A stretch of DNA of 64,000 bases, taken from positions 52,774,464-52,838,463 of the forward strand of contig NC_043011.1 of NCBI RefSeq assembly GCF_006345805.1, written 5' to 3'. Positions 1-14,467 of the stretch are shown here, in pieces. Position 1 is the stretch's first letter. Every line of letters starts with the position of its first letter. The notes under the pieces are model-generated. The model searched no databases. It had not been told where the DNA came from and saw only the letters and a list, made by a program, of their open reading frames with translations. This DNA is from Octopus sinensis. Taxonomy: Eukaryota. Both the position numbers and the translations under genes were made by a program.

Positions 1-1614
1 TTTGCATGTCTTCTATTAACCTTCAGAAAAGTCAAGAAGCACAAGCTATGAATGCTTTCTAGTTTAACACCAACACTTGGGTTGGATAAAGCAGAATGAG
101 TAAAGAAATAAATAAAGTCATTAAATAAATGAATAATAAAACTCAAAATTATGTTTATTTTAAAATATCTCATTCGATGTGATATTCAAAAAAAAAAAAA
201 AAGAGAAAAAAATGAATAACAGCTAAAAATCCAACCTTACTAACAATACAATTGACAATTTGGGTTTTGTAAACCAAAATTCCTGTAATTTTTGTGAAGA
301 AAGATTACAACTAAAGTAATCAACTCTATAGAAAAAAGGAAAGGAAAAAAAAAAAAAGAACAAGAAAACTTGTTTTAAGATGCTGAAATGCCAAGAGAAG
401 AAAGCTTCTAAACAAGAGAAAAAGCTAGATTTATAGCTCCTTCAAACCCTCTCATCACTCTTCAGCTTCATTTCAGACATTCTAGTTCTTAGTTTGTGAT
501 GAAATTTTAAATATTTTATTCATTGAGACAAAGATTTCATAAATTTGAAGCATGTATACATTTTCTTTTGGTATGACAAAATTCTAAGTTAAAGCAAACG
601 GGTATATAAGATCAACAATGGGAAAATTGTAGTTTTGACCCTTTTTGAAGTCTTATTGGCTCCAGTCAATTTCACAGAGCCAAAAGTAAAAATACAAACC
701 TTCACTTTATTACAGTCAACAAGATTTATAGGAGTTAAATATCACAATTTCTCTAACCTGAGACTTTTCCACCAAAATTCCTTCATACCAAGGTAAAAAA
801 TGTTTACATTTATCAAAATTTATGAAATTATCTACTCTATGGTGATTTCTGTAATTTTCTTCATGTTTTTTTTTTTTTTTTCCATATGAGGCAAGTGATT
901 TGACTTAGGTGAAACATACCACATCAGCAACTGCCAGTGATTCATTCATGTGATGCTGGTGTGTCTAAAGTGATTAGGTTATAGTGAGATGTGGAAAGTG
1001 GTTGTTCTCTCCAAATGTAACACAATTAGAAAATGTGTGCCAAACTGGTAAATTTTTTTTAGCAATAATTACTAATAAGTGATGGTCTACATAGGCTAAT
1101 TTTAATCTGTTACATACTTCACAGAATCTTCATGAACAGGTGTCAGCTTGCATCTTAAAATTATTCAGATATCTCAGATAACACCATTGATATCATATAT
1201 CATTCTGAAGCTAACACAAGATTATATATATATATATATGTATATATATAGTGGAACGTAAGTGTATATCTGTCAGGTACATGGACCATTCTTTTATGTA
1301 TTTATTCATTTTACAGCCTTCAATAATATATCAATAAGTCTGGGAGGATTTCCATAAATTTGTTCATTTGCATAATGTCAGAACAATGTTTCGAAGTTAC
1401 AGCCCTTTCTTGGATTAAAATCTAACTAAAAATTTCTAATCATCACTTTTGTTTCATAGTACTAAAACAGACAGTTCTGTTTTTATAAATGGATGTCTTT
1501 ACTTCTGTTTTAACTGTTCAACTTCATTGTCATCCTTCGCCGGTTGAGAGCAGACAATTGCATCTTGCTTAATACAACTATTGCAGTAGAATATTTCTAC
1601 TGCAATATTTCTGT

Positions 1615-2030
1615 TAAAATACATTGTCATTGTTTCAGTTAATTTTACAAATAAAAAAAAAAGAATTTATTAAACTATCTTTGTCATTATGAAGCTGGTC
1701 TTTGGAACATAAATTCACATAAAATTTTGATGGACGTTTTTAATTTAGATCACCTCAGCCCTTTAATATTCAGATTATTATGTTAATTAGTAATGCTTAT
1801 TTAGTCACCTTGCTTTGAATTAATCATGCATTATCTACTAACTTTGAGATTTTGATGAGATAACTTAATTTTTAGTATAATACTGTAGGATTGGTGTAAG
1901 AGGCAACATCTAGCCACTTTAAGCATAAAGGAGGTTGAATATTTTGGCTGGATATGGCTGGTTTAAAAGAGGAAGTTTGTTTTATATAGCCAGGGGTATT
2001 TTCAGGCAGGTTGGTATCAAAAGGGTTAAA
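1615..2030. mobile_element. Non-autonomous DNA transposon (piggyBac-type MITE), one end visible
   Basis: Ends ggtatcaaaagggTTAA. Internal sequence is clearly similar to the copy at 39401-39836. Confidence 0.55.
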
Positions 2031-4294
2031 CTCTGGGCCATGTAATCAGTAGTTCTGCCCTAGACTTTACAGCTATTGTATTTCAAATAACACATGGTTG
2101 TTTATGTACTGGTCTAACTTTTGGATATTTTAAGCTAGTTATGATAAAGCCACAATGGCCAGGTTGATATGGTTTTGGTCTCTCAAATGAACAGTCATTT
2201 TGTTTGTATCTTGGTCACATAACAGTGTTGTGCCTCCATAATGGATTTGAACTTATTTCCACACCACTTTGCGTGTCCCTTTAATCATCTGTTGACAACT
2301 GAGATGGAACTCTAGTATTTGTTAGTTGTGTGAGAAGAAGATGCAGTTAAAACTTAAGTTTCTCACTCTAAAACCACATTTCTTTACATTTTTTCAACAC
2401 CTGTAGATATTTGTAACTCTTAGAATATAAGCTATCATGTTCTCTCCTCCCACCCCCCATCCATTTTCAACTGTAGAGAGTGATTGGTTTCAAAGAGAAA
2501 AATTGCAATATTCTCTATTAGAAATAAATAAGAGAAAGTTACTTAATCTATGCTGAAAGCTAAAATCTAAGAAGCTGGAAATAAGTTATTTGAATTATTG
2601 GAATAATTTCTAAAGTAAAAAAAAAAAAAATAGACAGATAAATATATAAAAATAAAAACTACCACTTCACTAGAGATAGAGTAAATATCAAAATAAACTG
2701 AAAGAGATATGTGATCAAAGTGAGATTTGTAGATGATGTAATGATGATGATAAAGTTGACTAGGCTAAAATCCTGTGGGGAAAAAAATGACAAAGACTAT
2801 TGACCAAATTAAATTACAGAAAGTCTTACATCTTTGGGTATCAACCAGCTTGAAGCCAGCCTGTAAAATATATCAAAAACTATTACAAGAATCTAATCTT
2901 GTATTTTCAAACAGCATCTAATAATAACAACAACAACAAAAACAATGTTACAGATTTTTTTGCTAAATCCTCTTATACTATAATAATTGAAATATTCTTC
3001 TTCAAAACTATGGTTAGTAAATGGTTAAACAAACAACTACTGTTATATCTATGTCTATACATACATACATTATATATATATATATATACACACATACATA
3101 TATGTACATTATATATGTATATATATATATATATACATTATATATGTATATTATATATATATATACATACACACACATACATGCGTGTGTGTGTGATTTC
3201 AGTGAAGGGTTAGAGACTGATTCCAAGAAGCCAGCATTATCATACAGAACAGATGGTTGAATCATTTGTCTCTCTTTGAAACAGCCCCTGAGGTTTTATC
3301 TCAGCAATAGACATCAAACACATTAATTTTCTACTAGAATCCAAGAGAAAGGCAATGGCGTTTATGCTTTTCTCAAGAGAATTTAGAAGAATAGTTAAAG
3401 CGATTCTAAAGGAGAGAAGGTTCAGAACCACATTTGTACACTTTATTTGTCAAGATTTTATAGCTGTGTCAAGACAAGAACTGTCATGCGAGAACTACAA
3501 GGAATTTAATAACCATCAGTAATTACAAGTAGGAATCTCAAATCCCAACTTTAAAAGTGCTAAGAATATTTTATATATATCCATTAGTTAAAGCATTAAT
3601 AATTTCTCCGTCAAATAAAACATGTAGGAAGTCATCAACATTTTACTGTCCATTGATTGTTGTCTTGCTTTTGATAAATGCTTTACAGCTTATCGTCACT
3701 CGTCTTAATCTTTTGTCACCTTGCCTCTCAGAGTTTATATTGTGTTCTAAATTAAATGTTTGAGTTTGCTTAATGCATCGTACAAACAGTCTGCTAAGCT
3801 ACAATATACCTAGGTCGTTCATTCAGCAATATGTTCAGAATTCTGAGCTAAGATGTGTATTGGTTATCAACACATTCACACTGAGCCAGGATATGTATCA
3901 GCCGTCAACGGATTGCATTACTGAACCTGGATGTCTCCTTGTTAATGGTCCTACAGTCAGTTCTACTGGCTGTAAGTGAAATCAAGCATTAATATAGGAT
4001 TGAACCAAGAATGGGATTCACCAGCTTAATACACTGGTTTAATATATTTTTCTGAAACTCTTAATAGGAATAAATGAAGAAGAGTGGTCGAGGAATTTTA
4101 ATGCAAAGAATTGACTTTGATGGAATCATTTCTAAAAACCCTTTGTTGTTAGTAAATTTGTAAGGATAAACACAGAACTAAAAGATAGAAAAGTCTTTTG
4201 AAGAGAAAGGTTAGTATTTATAGTTAAGTTTGATCCGGAGAGAGAAAGAGAGTAGAGAGGAGGTAAATACTGGGTAGCTAGATTATCGTCATGC

Positions 4295-4627
4295 TTAAAT
4301 AACCTCTTCAGCTTCTTTATTCGTTTCCTCTTCTTTTTCCTTCTCGGTCTCTTTTTCAGTTTCATCATCTTTTTTCTCCTCTTCCTCCTCTTTTACTTCA
4401 GCTTTTTCCTCATCTTTTTTTTCTTCGCTTTCTTCATCTATTTTTTCCTTACTTTCTTCATCTTTCTTTTCTTCACTTTCTTCATCTATTTTTTCCTTAC
4501 TTTCTTCATCTTTTTTTTCCTCACTTTCCACATCTTTTTTCTCACTTTCCTCATCTTTTTTCTCTTCGTTTTCCTCATCTTTTACCATCTCTTTCTCCTC
4601 CTCTTTCACCGCTTTCTCCTCCGCTTC
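4295..4627 (-). CDS. Terminal Glu/Lys-rich exon (333 nt, phase 0): EAEEKAVKEEEKEM...EAEEVI*
   Basis: Acceptor atatattccag|, ORF 4295..4609 and stop TAA. Phase-compatible with the 17060 donor, but membership in the same gene is not proven. Confidence 0.75.
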   Translation of the reverse strand, partial: EAEEKAVKEEEKEMVKDEENEEKKDEESEKKDVESEEKKDEESKEKIDEESEEKKDEESKEKIDEESEEKKDEEKAEVKEEEEEKKDDETEKETEKEKEEETNKEAEEVI

Positions 4628-7340
4628 CTGGAATATATATTGGATTTCAAAAGCAAAGATTACAAATGGGCATTGTCCTTTATATTGTCAGTCAGAAACT
4701 GTTGCCTCACACATCGTTGCATGAAGGCAACCCAAACAATGGCAATGAATGATTAATGTTAATAAGAAATATGGTTGTCTGTCAATAGCCTACTGAAACT
4801 ATTCTTTCAAACAAAATACTGATATGATATCGGAGCTAACAAGTGAAGTATAAAATGACATGAAGACTATGGGGAACTGTCAAGCAGCCACAAAGAATAT
4901 TCTTCAATGTTCTGAAGTTTAAAGTGAAATTAAGAAATGGATATACAGAAACATGTAAGCTTATAATGAAAGTTGTGCAAGGTTTTCCAGCATGTTTGAA
5001 CAGGGTCAGAAATAAGTGGGTAGAAGTGAAAACTTAAGGTATTTAGACAACATTCTTCGTAACTGTGTCAGTCATTTTCTTACCAAAGTTGAAAATGGAG
5101 AGGTTTTACAAGAACATCAGAAAAAATTTATATTATCAGATGATTCAGAATGGCAGATATGTTTCCCTTTATGTTAAAATATTTGAGGTCTGACAGATTT
5201 CTATGCTGTTTCCTTTTGACCCTTTACTTTCTACAAAACAGACGTGGAACTACTGCCTTGCTAGAAAGCAAAATTTTTCCTTAATACTTCTTAGAAGTAT
5301 AAATGGACACAGCCAAGACAGATGTGTGACATGAAATGCAGTACTCTATTTAATTTCAGTTGTGTGCATTTTAAGATCAAATCCTACTAAAATCAACAAT
5401 GAATTTAATCCTTTCGGGGACAATGAAGATAGGATGTATGAATAGTATACTAGAAGTAAATACAATGGATTGCACATGTTGTTCAAAATAAATCAATATT
5501 TTATAATACCGAACAATAGCTTTCATGATAGGAGTTTAGTAAGTATTTCGGTGGAAATAGATATAACAGTGAATAGGTTTTCTGTGTAATAGCGGTAAAG
5601 TATATACTCAAGCTAGTTTAATAATTTTTAAAACTAGTTTTAAACATCAGTATTTTGTCAATTAACGTCTATTTATTCATGACTGAAATGATGATTTTGT
5701 GAGGAAGTTATAGGATGAGAAACTTATGTGGACATTCATGTTTGCAAGTGAGACAGAGAAGACAATACATTTGAAACAGAGGCAGCTACAATGTTGAAAT
5801 ATAATACTGCAAGGGGGTCTTTATTCTATGTGCATTATGTTACCTGTTGGCACCCAAGAAAGTTTACACAAAACGGGGGACTCGACCCTGAAAATAAATA
5901 ATCATTTTACAAACCAAACAGTCAATAAAAAGAATGAAAGCACAGAGAGAAAGAGAGAGAGAGAGTCAGAGAGGTAATGATAGATAGGAGAGAGAGAGAG
6001 AAGGACAGACAAAGACACGGAATGACAAATGAAAAATAATTGTATCATGGAAGTCATATATTTAACATACAGATAAATGACATTTACATATTAGCATATG
6101 GTATCCGAATGCTGAGAAATTTAATAAACATTTGAAAATTTTAAAAACATTCAATAAGTAGGTGATCTGGAATGGAAGAAAAAAAAAAGGGGGGTTGGTT
6201 GTTCATCATGCACAAGAGATAGAGGATGGGGGGGGAGTGCTAGACCATGCTGTATCTGTTTATAGGAATTCCTGAGTTGACAGTCATGCTAGATTTGTGT
6301 GACAAAATATAGAAAATAGCTGAGGTTCATGAAAGAGAATTTATGCAAAAATGTTGAGTTTAAAGCAGAACCAAAATAGCAGGAATATTATGTTTTGTTT
6401 CGTTTGTTTTGTTTTGTTTTTTTTTCTTCTCATTTTAGATTTTGACTATAATGAAAATTAAAATATATTTAGCATTCCAACTTCTCTGTAGCACAGTAAA
6501 GAACATGAAGTAAAAGAGGAGATTACACTCAGCTATTCTTGGTTAAATCAACAACCAAGACTTCACCAGCAAATATTTCTTTCTTTCTTTCTTTTTTTTT
6601 TTAAAAATTCACTGAAAACAAAATGGCCAAGTTTAAAACGAAGAATCAACATTAATTGCAGCAGAAATATATGATATGACTTTATTTCGTTTTATTTTTT
6701 TTTTTGTCTCTGATGAAAATGTTGAGAGAATTTGGTGAGAGTTACTGATGGTTCAATAAGCTAAAATGAGGAGGGAGAAAGAAAAAAAATCGATAAACGG
6801 GAAGCAGAGAAATATAATCAACAGCAGAAGACTGTTAGCAGAATAGGAAATGGGAGACGATGTACAAACTGGTGGATGGAATTAGAAAAATATGTTTCTA
6901 AAGTTGAAATTTTGGCTTTAGACTGTAAATTGATTTTTGGATGGTACAAAAGGTAAGAGCTGTCTGAAACTGCCATGTTCAGTTCAAATCCTTCTGCTGA
7001 TAGCATTCCAGTTGGAGTCAATTAAAACCAGTATCTGGAGAAAATAACTATTTTCTCCTATCACACGAAGAAGGAAATGTAGGGTTTTAGTGACAGGAAC
7101 AAATGTTTTTAATACCACAATGGTCTATTATATGAAGAGCATACCAGTCTTTGAAGAAAAGAGGCAGATGGGATCGTGTCTAAGAGTATTAAAAGAGGCA
7201 GCATGTGACACATAGTCAAGAAAGAAACAAAAAAAACAAAAATCAGAACAGAACTGAGTAGACACAAGAGGTAAGTGTATGGGAGGCTGCATTATTGTAA
7301 ACCCATCAAACCCTTGGCAAATGGAATGTAAAATAATAAT

Positions 7341-7690
7341 CTTTTCTATTATAGGCAGAAGGCCTGAAATTTGGGAGAGGGGGATAGTCAATTACATCGA
7401 CCCCAGTACTTAACTGGTACTTTATTTATTGACCCTGAAAGGATGAAAAGTATGGTTGATCTCAGTGCAATTCGAACTCAGAACGTAACAACGGGTGAAA
7501 GCATTTTGTCCAGCGTGCTAACAATTCTGCCAACTCGCCCCTTTTTTTTTTAATGTAAAATAATAATAATAAGCCTTTCTATTATAAGCACAAGGTCTGA
7601 AGTTTTGGGGAGGGAGATAATCGATGACATTGATCCCCAGTACTTGACTGGTACTTTACACAAGGCTGCCATAAATAATACCCTTCAGAC
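7341..7690 (-). mobile_element. tRNA-derived SINE, family B (one near-full and one partial copy)
   Basis: Reverse complement has A box TGGCAGAAT and B box GAGTTCGAAT, a core CCTTTCATCCTTTC.GGGTC.ATAAA-like segment and an (ATT)n tail. Many copies in the window. Confidence 0.8.
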
Positions 7691-9521
7691 TAACTATAGG
7701 TATTGTTTATTTCGGGATGGTTTTTTTTTTCTTTTGCCAAATAAACACATGCACTATATATTTGTTCTTCACTTGTTTATAACTGTTTTTATTCTAACTC
7801 ATGTCTATTGTCCATAATAAATGAGTGAAGAACAACTATTATAGCATGTGTGTTTATTTAGTGGAAAAAAAAAAAAAAAAGAAAAATGAAAATCCTGAAA
7901 TACAATACAACTTCAACACAAGACTTTCACATCAGGAATCTAGCAACACAAATTCAAAAATGTAACTGTAGTTTTAGAAGAAATATGGTTTATAGAATTT
8001 GAAGAAAACTTAGAGCTGGTTTATAGAGAGAAAATTTCAAATGACATATTGAAACTGAATTGCCTTATTTCAAGTAAAACCTCAAGATGTTCATAGTATC
8101 ATAATGATCACAAATACTTTTAATGGTGATTTTTCTATTCTGACATGTTCTATGCATCTGATATACAGGAACTGGACAAAAATCACAAATCCTTGTCTTT
8201 GTCTTCAAGGCTCACCATTCTTGGAGATAAAACTTCGATACCCCAACCTAAGCCTTCCTTTTTATTATTATTATATATATATAATAATAATCAGCGGTGG
8301 TGCCCCAGCATGACCATGGCCTTCAGGCTAAAACATTTTTAAGGATTTAAGGATATATATATATTTTTTTTTACCTCAAACCATGAAAATCCTCCATAAT
8401 AAACCTGAGTCCTAGAAAGATGATCTACATCTTTATTTAACTTGCTAAAAACAACAGTCAATTCACCTTCAAATAACATCTTACCATCTTAAAAAAAAGA
8501 AACGGCATTGAAGAATAATGTAAGTCTGTGACTTCAAACTTGATCCAAGACTAAATAACAACGACAACAACAACAAACAGCACATTTTCACCCAGTATAT
8601 CATCAATTATTTCCCATGACAACAGATCAACAACCAATCAGTCATCTCTCCTACATTATTCAATACTTTTGATGTTCAGCCGCTTTCTTAAATCACTTAC
8701 TCCTTACCTAATTAGAGACTAATTAAAAATCTAAATTTCTGTGAACTTTGTATTCAGTCTCATCTAATTATTGCAAGAAAGAAGGAAAGGGAAATACAGA
8801 TTTTTTTTTTATGTATAACGGCAGAACAAATGTGAGAGTGGAATCCTAATTGTCAGGTTAAGAGTGATAACTGGGAGAGGGGTTGCAGTGCCTTTGCCCT
8901 TCTTTGCTCTTTTAACTCTTTTCATCTGAATCCCAAAGAAGGACTGTTTGAAATGTCAGAAACTCCACTCCCACAACAATGATACTTTATACATTGTTAT
9001 TTTTCCCCTTCTCTCCACAATAAATACGTTTCTCAGGGCAAAAAGTAATTTTTCTACAAATTCAGATTAACCAGCTTGGACGTGAAATGAAGAGGATGGA
9101 AACTGTACAGAAGCCTATTATTAGGTAGACTGCACCATTAATTCAAAAGGTATAGCCTTGTCACACACTGTGCCATGTTGATTGGTACTCATGTCTATGG
9201 AATACTCAACCACCTACACAGAAATTCCGGAGCAGGTAATTCAGTTCATTGAGCAAGTGAATCCCTACTCTTGATTGGAGATTCACTCCCATCCCCACAA
9301 TATATATATATATATATATATATATAGAACAATAATAATCCTTAGAAGGAATTTATAAATATGTTATAACTATATTTACCCTACATTGGCACAGTTTGGT
9401 GCAACCCCCACAAAACTGAATTACCAGTTGGCATCATTAGGCTGTAGCCAACATAACAGGAGCTTTTATATGTATGTTCAAAACGTTTCTCATAAACAAA
9501 CTTAAAAAAGATGTATATATA

Positions 9522-9893
9522 GGCGCAGGAGTGGCTGTGTGGTAAGTAGCTTGTTTACCAACCACGTGGTTCCGGGTTCAGTCCCACTGCCTGGCACTTT
9601 GGGCAAGTGTCTTCTACTATAGCCTCAGACCAACCAAAGCCTTGTGAGTGGATTTGATAGACGGAAACTGAAAGAAGCCCGTCGTATATATGTATATACA
9701 TGTGTTTGTCCCCCTAGCATTGCTTGACAACCGATGCTGGTGTGTTTATGTCCCCGTTACTTAGCGGTTCGGCAAAAGAGACCGATAGAATAAGTACTGG
9801 GCTTACAAAAGAATAAGTCCCGGGGTCGAGTTGCTCGATTAAAGGTGGTGCTCCAGCATGGCCGCAGTCAAATGACTGAAACAAGTAAAAGAG
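9522..9893 (+). mobile_element. tRNA-derived SINE, family A (full length)
   Basis: A box TGGCTGTGTGG, B box GGTTCAGTCCC, internal (TA)n and tail gactgaaacaagtaaaagag. Near-identical copy at 55148-55543. Confidence 0.85.
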
Positions 9894-9902
9894 TATATAT
9901 AT

Positions 9903-10300
9903 ATCATCATCCTCATTTAACGTCCGCTTTCCATGCTAGCATGGGTTGGACGGTTCAACTGGAGTCTGGGGAGCCCGAAGGCTGCACTAGGCCAGTCAGA
10001 TCTGGCAGTGTTTCTACAGCTGGATGCCCTTCCTAACGCCAACCACTCCGAGAGTGTAGCGGGTGATTTTATGTGCCACCGACACAGGTGCCAGACGAGG
10101 CTGGCGAACGGCCACGCTCGGATGGTGTTTTTTTTTTATGTGCCACCGACACAGGTGCCAGACGAGGCTGGCAGACGGCCACGCTCGGATGGTGTTTTTA
10201 TGTGCCACCGACACAAGTGCCAGATGAGGCTGGCGAACGGCCACGATCGGATGGTGTTTGTTACGTCCCCAGATGGTGTTTGTTACGTGCCCACAGCACG
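9903..10300 (-). mobile_element. Non-LTR retroposon 3' fragment (RTE-type tail with GGAAGGGCATCCAG domain) containing three ~62-bp tandem units
   Basis: The reverse complement ends ...cccatgctagcatggaaagcggacgttaaatgaggatgatg. Homologous to copies at 21819, 23170, 26683, 46080 and 50035. Confidence 0.7.
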
Positions 10301-10343
<43 letters not shown>

Positions 10344-11545
10344 ATGAGAGAAGTATTTTTCTACACATTTTTCATACCAGTAGCATATAAAGAGGTAAAC
10401 TTTTTGATATTTGTGTAATATTGAAAGATGGAGAACCAAACTGTAGGCTTGGCTGTATTATGATTGCTACTTCACTGTTGTAATCTCCAATTCGGTTGGA
10501 ACTTCTTTTACTATAATCACAGGTACTAGTAATATTCTAGGGTCTGTTTTAACGACTGTTCTCCCTCCCCAGTAAATTGGCTTTTGAATAAGCTGGACAA
10601 TAAACTACTTAACAAAAAGCAATAAAAAGACTGCAGTCTTCCCATTTGAGACAAAGGTTAAAAGTGGCATGTGTGCATGTGTTATTTATTTTGATCATTA
10701 CCCCTTCCCCTTATATTGGCAAGAGAACACTCTAGAAGTATCATTTAAAGATTCAGTTGGGGGGAAAAAAAAGCCAAAAGAACAAAAAAAAAAAAACCCC
10801 AACCAAAAAACGATCATGGAGACTCAGGAGACAGTTGGAATAATTTGTTAAAACATCAAGATGTCTGTAAAATGTTGCTGACAGAAAGTGTGTATGAGAA
10901 AACAGAATAAATTACTGGTTAAAAGTATTATCCTGAACAATCAATAAAGCTGCTGTCTAGACGTAGGAAATGTCTGCGACCTCATTGTACACAGCTGCAA
11001 TGTTATTCTCCACATGAAATCAATAAGCAGACAGGACTGTAGACTTAACTAACCAGAATTTGCTGGTTAAAGTTTAGCGTTGGCGAGAGATAATCTTTTA
11101 TAAAAGTTTATTCACTTTCTTCTTCATGCTTGTGCGAATATGAACTCATCTAATTTTTGTTTTCTCCAAGTCCAACCTCCCTCCGCACTTTACTCAGATT
11201 ATTTCAGAGGATATTCTATAATTTATAAAAATAATATCATGTCTAGGTTATAAAATAGAAAAAAAAAAGAAAAAAAAGAATTTTTTTTTTTTTAAAACCA
11301 TACTTTATTGCTTTTATTGCTGAGAGGTCCATAGCCTGTAAATGTAAACTCATTTATAATGAAACCTTTCAGATAATCAGAATGGAGTTTTATATTAATT
11401 GTTTTTCCAATATTTATCATGGCTATTCATAAATTGATTTATTGTTGTCGACTTGACAACTTCACTTGGTAACCAATTCCAGCCAGTAGGTAGTAATTCT
11501 GTGCAGGAACAGTCGCTTGTTTTTAAGTTTGTCCTACATCTTTGC

Positions 11546-11599
<54 letters not shown>

Positions 11600-12000
11600 T
11601 ATTACATACATACACACACACACAACCACAGTTATTATAGTGGAGTAGGCATTAAATGCCACTACTTCAAAAGACCATTCTGCCATAACTCCGAGGCAAG
11701 AGATTGTTAATTAGGATACTGCCATATTCATACTTGTTAGGAGTACCCTAGGGTATGGCAACACACTGCTGTTTCACACCAAACTACAATGAATGTCACA
11801 CTACTTAGACATTTAGTTGAGATGAATTTCAGTATTTAGTTTCATCCCCTTGCATTCTATCTTGAAAATTCTGTCGGACTTCATTTTGAATTTTATTCCT
11901 AGAAGTATCAAGAATTAAGAACTAGTAATATACTGAGGAGGCCAATTCAATCAACTCAATACAATTATTATATGATAATAAAATTATTAACCATCTTACT

Positions 12001-12370
12001 AACAATAACTCTGAGCACCTTTTCAAACTCCACCTGTCTAACACCCGTGGACATGTTTACAAAGTCAGAAAACAGCACAGCTCCCATGACTTTCGGAAAC
12101 ATTTTTTCACGCTAAGAGTTGCTGAAGTATGGAACAAACTGCTGGTATCAGTTTTTAGTTGTTGGAGCACTGCATCCTTCAAAACTTCCATGCTTCCTGA
12201 GATTCGCCAACACTACACCTGATTTTCTCCCCTCCATACACATGCAAGCATGTATCTGACTCATACATTGTTCCCTTTCCAGACATTTGTACATTGCTGC
12301 ATATGCTTTATATGCAGTTTCGACAAGTTGTGGTGCACCTGAGCAATAATTTCATTATTATTATTATAAT
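12001..12370 (+). mobile_element. 5'-truncated CR1/L2-clade LINE 3' end
   Basis: 12001-12222 translates ...NTRGHVYKVRKQHSSHDFRKHFFTLRVAEVWNKL..., the typical CR1 ORF2 C-terminal motif (TRGH...RK.FF..RV...WN.L). A 3' UTR and (ATT)n tail follow. Confidence 0.8.
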
Positions 12371-14431
12371 ACTCCTATAAACTTTTGGTCTTGCACCAGT
12401 ACATGGAACTAGTATTTAACTAACAAATGGCAATCACTGTTACCCTAAATATTAATTACTTACATAGACATAACCCCCAAATCTGAGGAAGGGTACAATC
12501 AATTATATTGACCCCCATCACATGACTGCTACTTTATTTTATCAACCTGGAAAGGATAATAGGCAAAGAGTTTTCTTGACAGGATTTGAACACAGGACAT
12601 AAAAGGAATATCACATGGTATTTTGTACAAAGCTCTAAAACAATTCTACCAATCCACTTCCCTAAATATTCATAACATCACTACAGAAGTCATACATACA
12701 ATAATTTCATTATTATAAAGATGACTTCAGGACAAAGCTAACAAAATATTCATCAAATGTTAATACATTCAATTAATGGATCAGAGTACGTAAGTTGAAA
12801 AGATATAACTGAGCTGAAATAGGTAATTATACCAATAACAGTTGAATAATTATAGTATTTAGGCAGTGGATTAGCAAAATCTCTATAACAGACAGAATGT
12901 CTGAAATATTTTAGTTACAGCCATTTATGTTCTCAGTTTCAAATTCTGCCAAAGTCAAATTCATCTCATCTTTTCACATTGGATAAAATATAATACCAGG
13001 ATGTAATGGGGGTGGTTTAATATTCCTGTAAGGTATCCTTTAATGTAGATGGAATTATAATAGAAGACTTATTAGGTCACTGTTTTTCGCTTGTGACGTT
13101 TCAATGGCAATTTTTATTCTTCTCCACAGATTTCTGCTATGTTATAGATTGTGTGGGTAGTAGAGACAATAGAATACATATAGCATTCACGGGCAAACTG
13201 CAGCCTGGTGGACTTTCTAAATAGCATGCCTAATGGAAAATTACCTTGAATTTTTTTTTAATAGCACAGCCTGCTCAACAATGAGCTATGTCACATGCAG
13301 CCTGCTTTTTGAAAGGGGTTACCCATGCCTGACATGTGGGCTGTGTGGGTAAGCTGCTTAGGTTGAAATGGTGCCAGTAGCAGCTTAGGTATACTGATTC
13401 AGGGCCTATAAGATGGGGCTGATAATATCAGTTCAGAGTCTAGGGCCCAAAAGCAGTCTGTGACTACCTGCCAAAGCACCTATCTCCACCCCAAAAGAAT
13501 AAAACAAAATATCTTTGAATTTTGAGAGAAACTCTCCATTCCTTCTTTAGTGGGTTGAGAGTAGTCTTGTTCTGCTTTGCCAAATTTCTCTCAGAAGTCA
13601 TGTGTAGGTCTCTTCTGAGTAGAAAGAGATAGACAAATAACAACTATCGGTAACCTTAACTTCTGTGATCAAACATACTAAGCACATGTTTATTCAGTGG
13701 CATTTATTCCAGAGTCTCCCAGGATCAACCACATCAAGTCAATTCTGATTTTTTTTTTCCCTCCAAAAATATATTAGAATCTAGTTTCTTCATCCTTTTT
13801 TTGTTTGTTTGACCGTTTCTGACATTCGTTATTTTTCTTTCTTTTTATATTTTATCAGCCGTCTCCAAACGTCTATTTAATCCCATTTGAAGTAGACCAT
13901 ATCACCATGAACACACCAGACAAGATATATCAGCTTTTAAAACAAAGAACTATTCAAGTAGAAAACAGCGATAAGATTTCAAGGGAAGTAACTCCTACAC
14001 ACCACCACCACCACCAACATTGCCGATAAGAATACACAACGAAGGCGCCTTTGTGTGGTCGCCTGTCATGCTAGTTGTAGCGACCAAATATCTCTCAAAT
14101 CACATCGTTTCGTTTAAAAAAATAGAAGAAGAAGAAAAAGAATTGAATAAATGTAATTCTAGATACACAATGGTTAAAAAGAATGGGAGTGTCACAACTA
14201 GAATACTGAAGATCGTAAGCCTGTCTGCTCAAGTTTGGCTTGGGGCTAAACAGCAATAACAAACAAAGAAACTTGTCAGTCGGCAAATCTTTTGGGTGGA
14301 TATCTTAAGATATTCATTACTTTTTGACTTTTGGATAGTTCACTTCCATCCCCATCCAATAATTCAAAAGCAAAAAAACAATAAAAAGGAAAAAAAGGCT
14401 AGAATCAGTAATTCAATAAAAGGCAGTCGAT

Positions 14432-14467
14432 CGCGCGCGCGCGCGCACACACACACACACACACACA
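14432..14467. repeat. (CG)7-(CA)n alternating purine-pyrimidine tract in a locally CpG-rich region
   Basis: Sequence cgcgcgcgcgcgcgcacacacacacacacacaca. Confidence 0.9.

Noticed and set aside
7140-7180. 35-nt exon-like segment (ttag|ACACGATCC...GACTG|gtatgc)
   Set aside because: Its phase does not fit between the 17060 donor and the 4627 acceptor without further unseen exons, and there is no compositional support.
9522-9600. tRNA-like sequences with A and B boxes
   Set aside because: They are SINE heads continuing into SINE bodies, with no complete cloverleaf supported.
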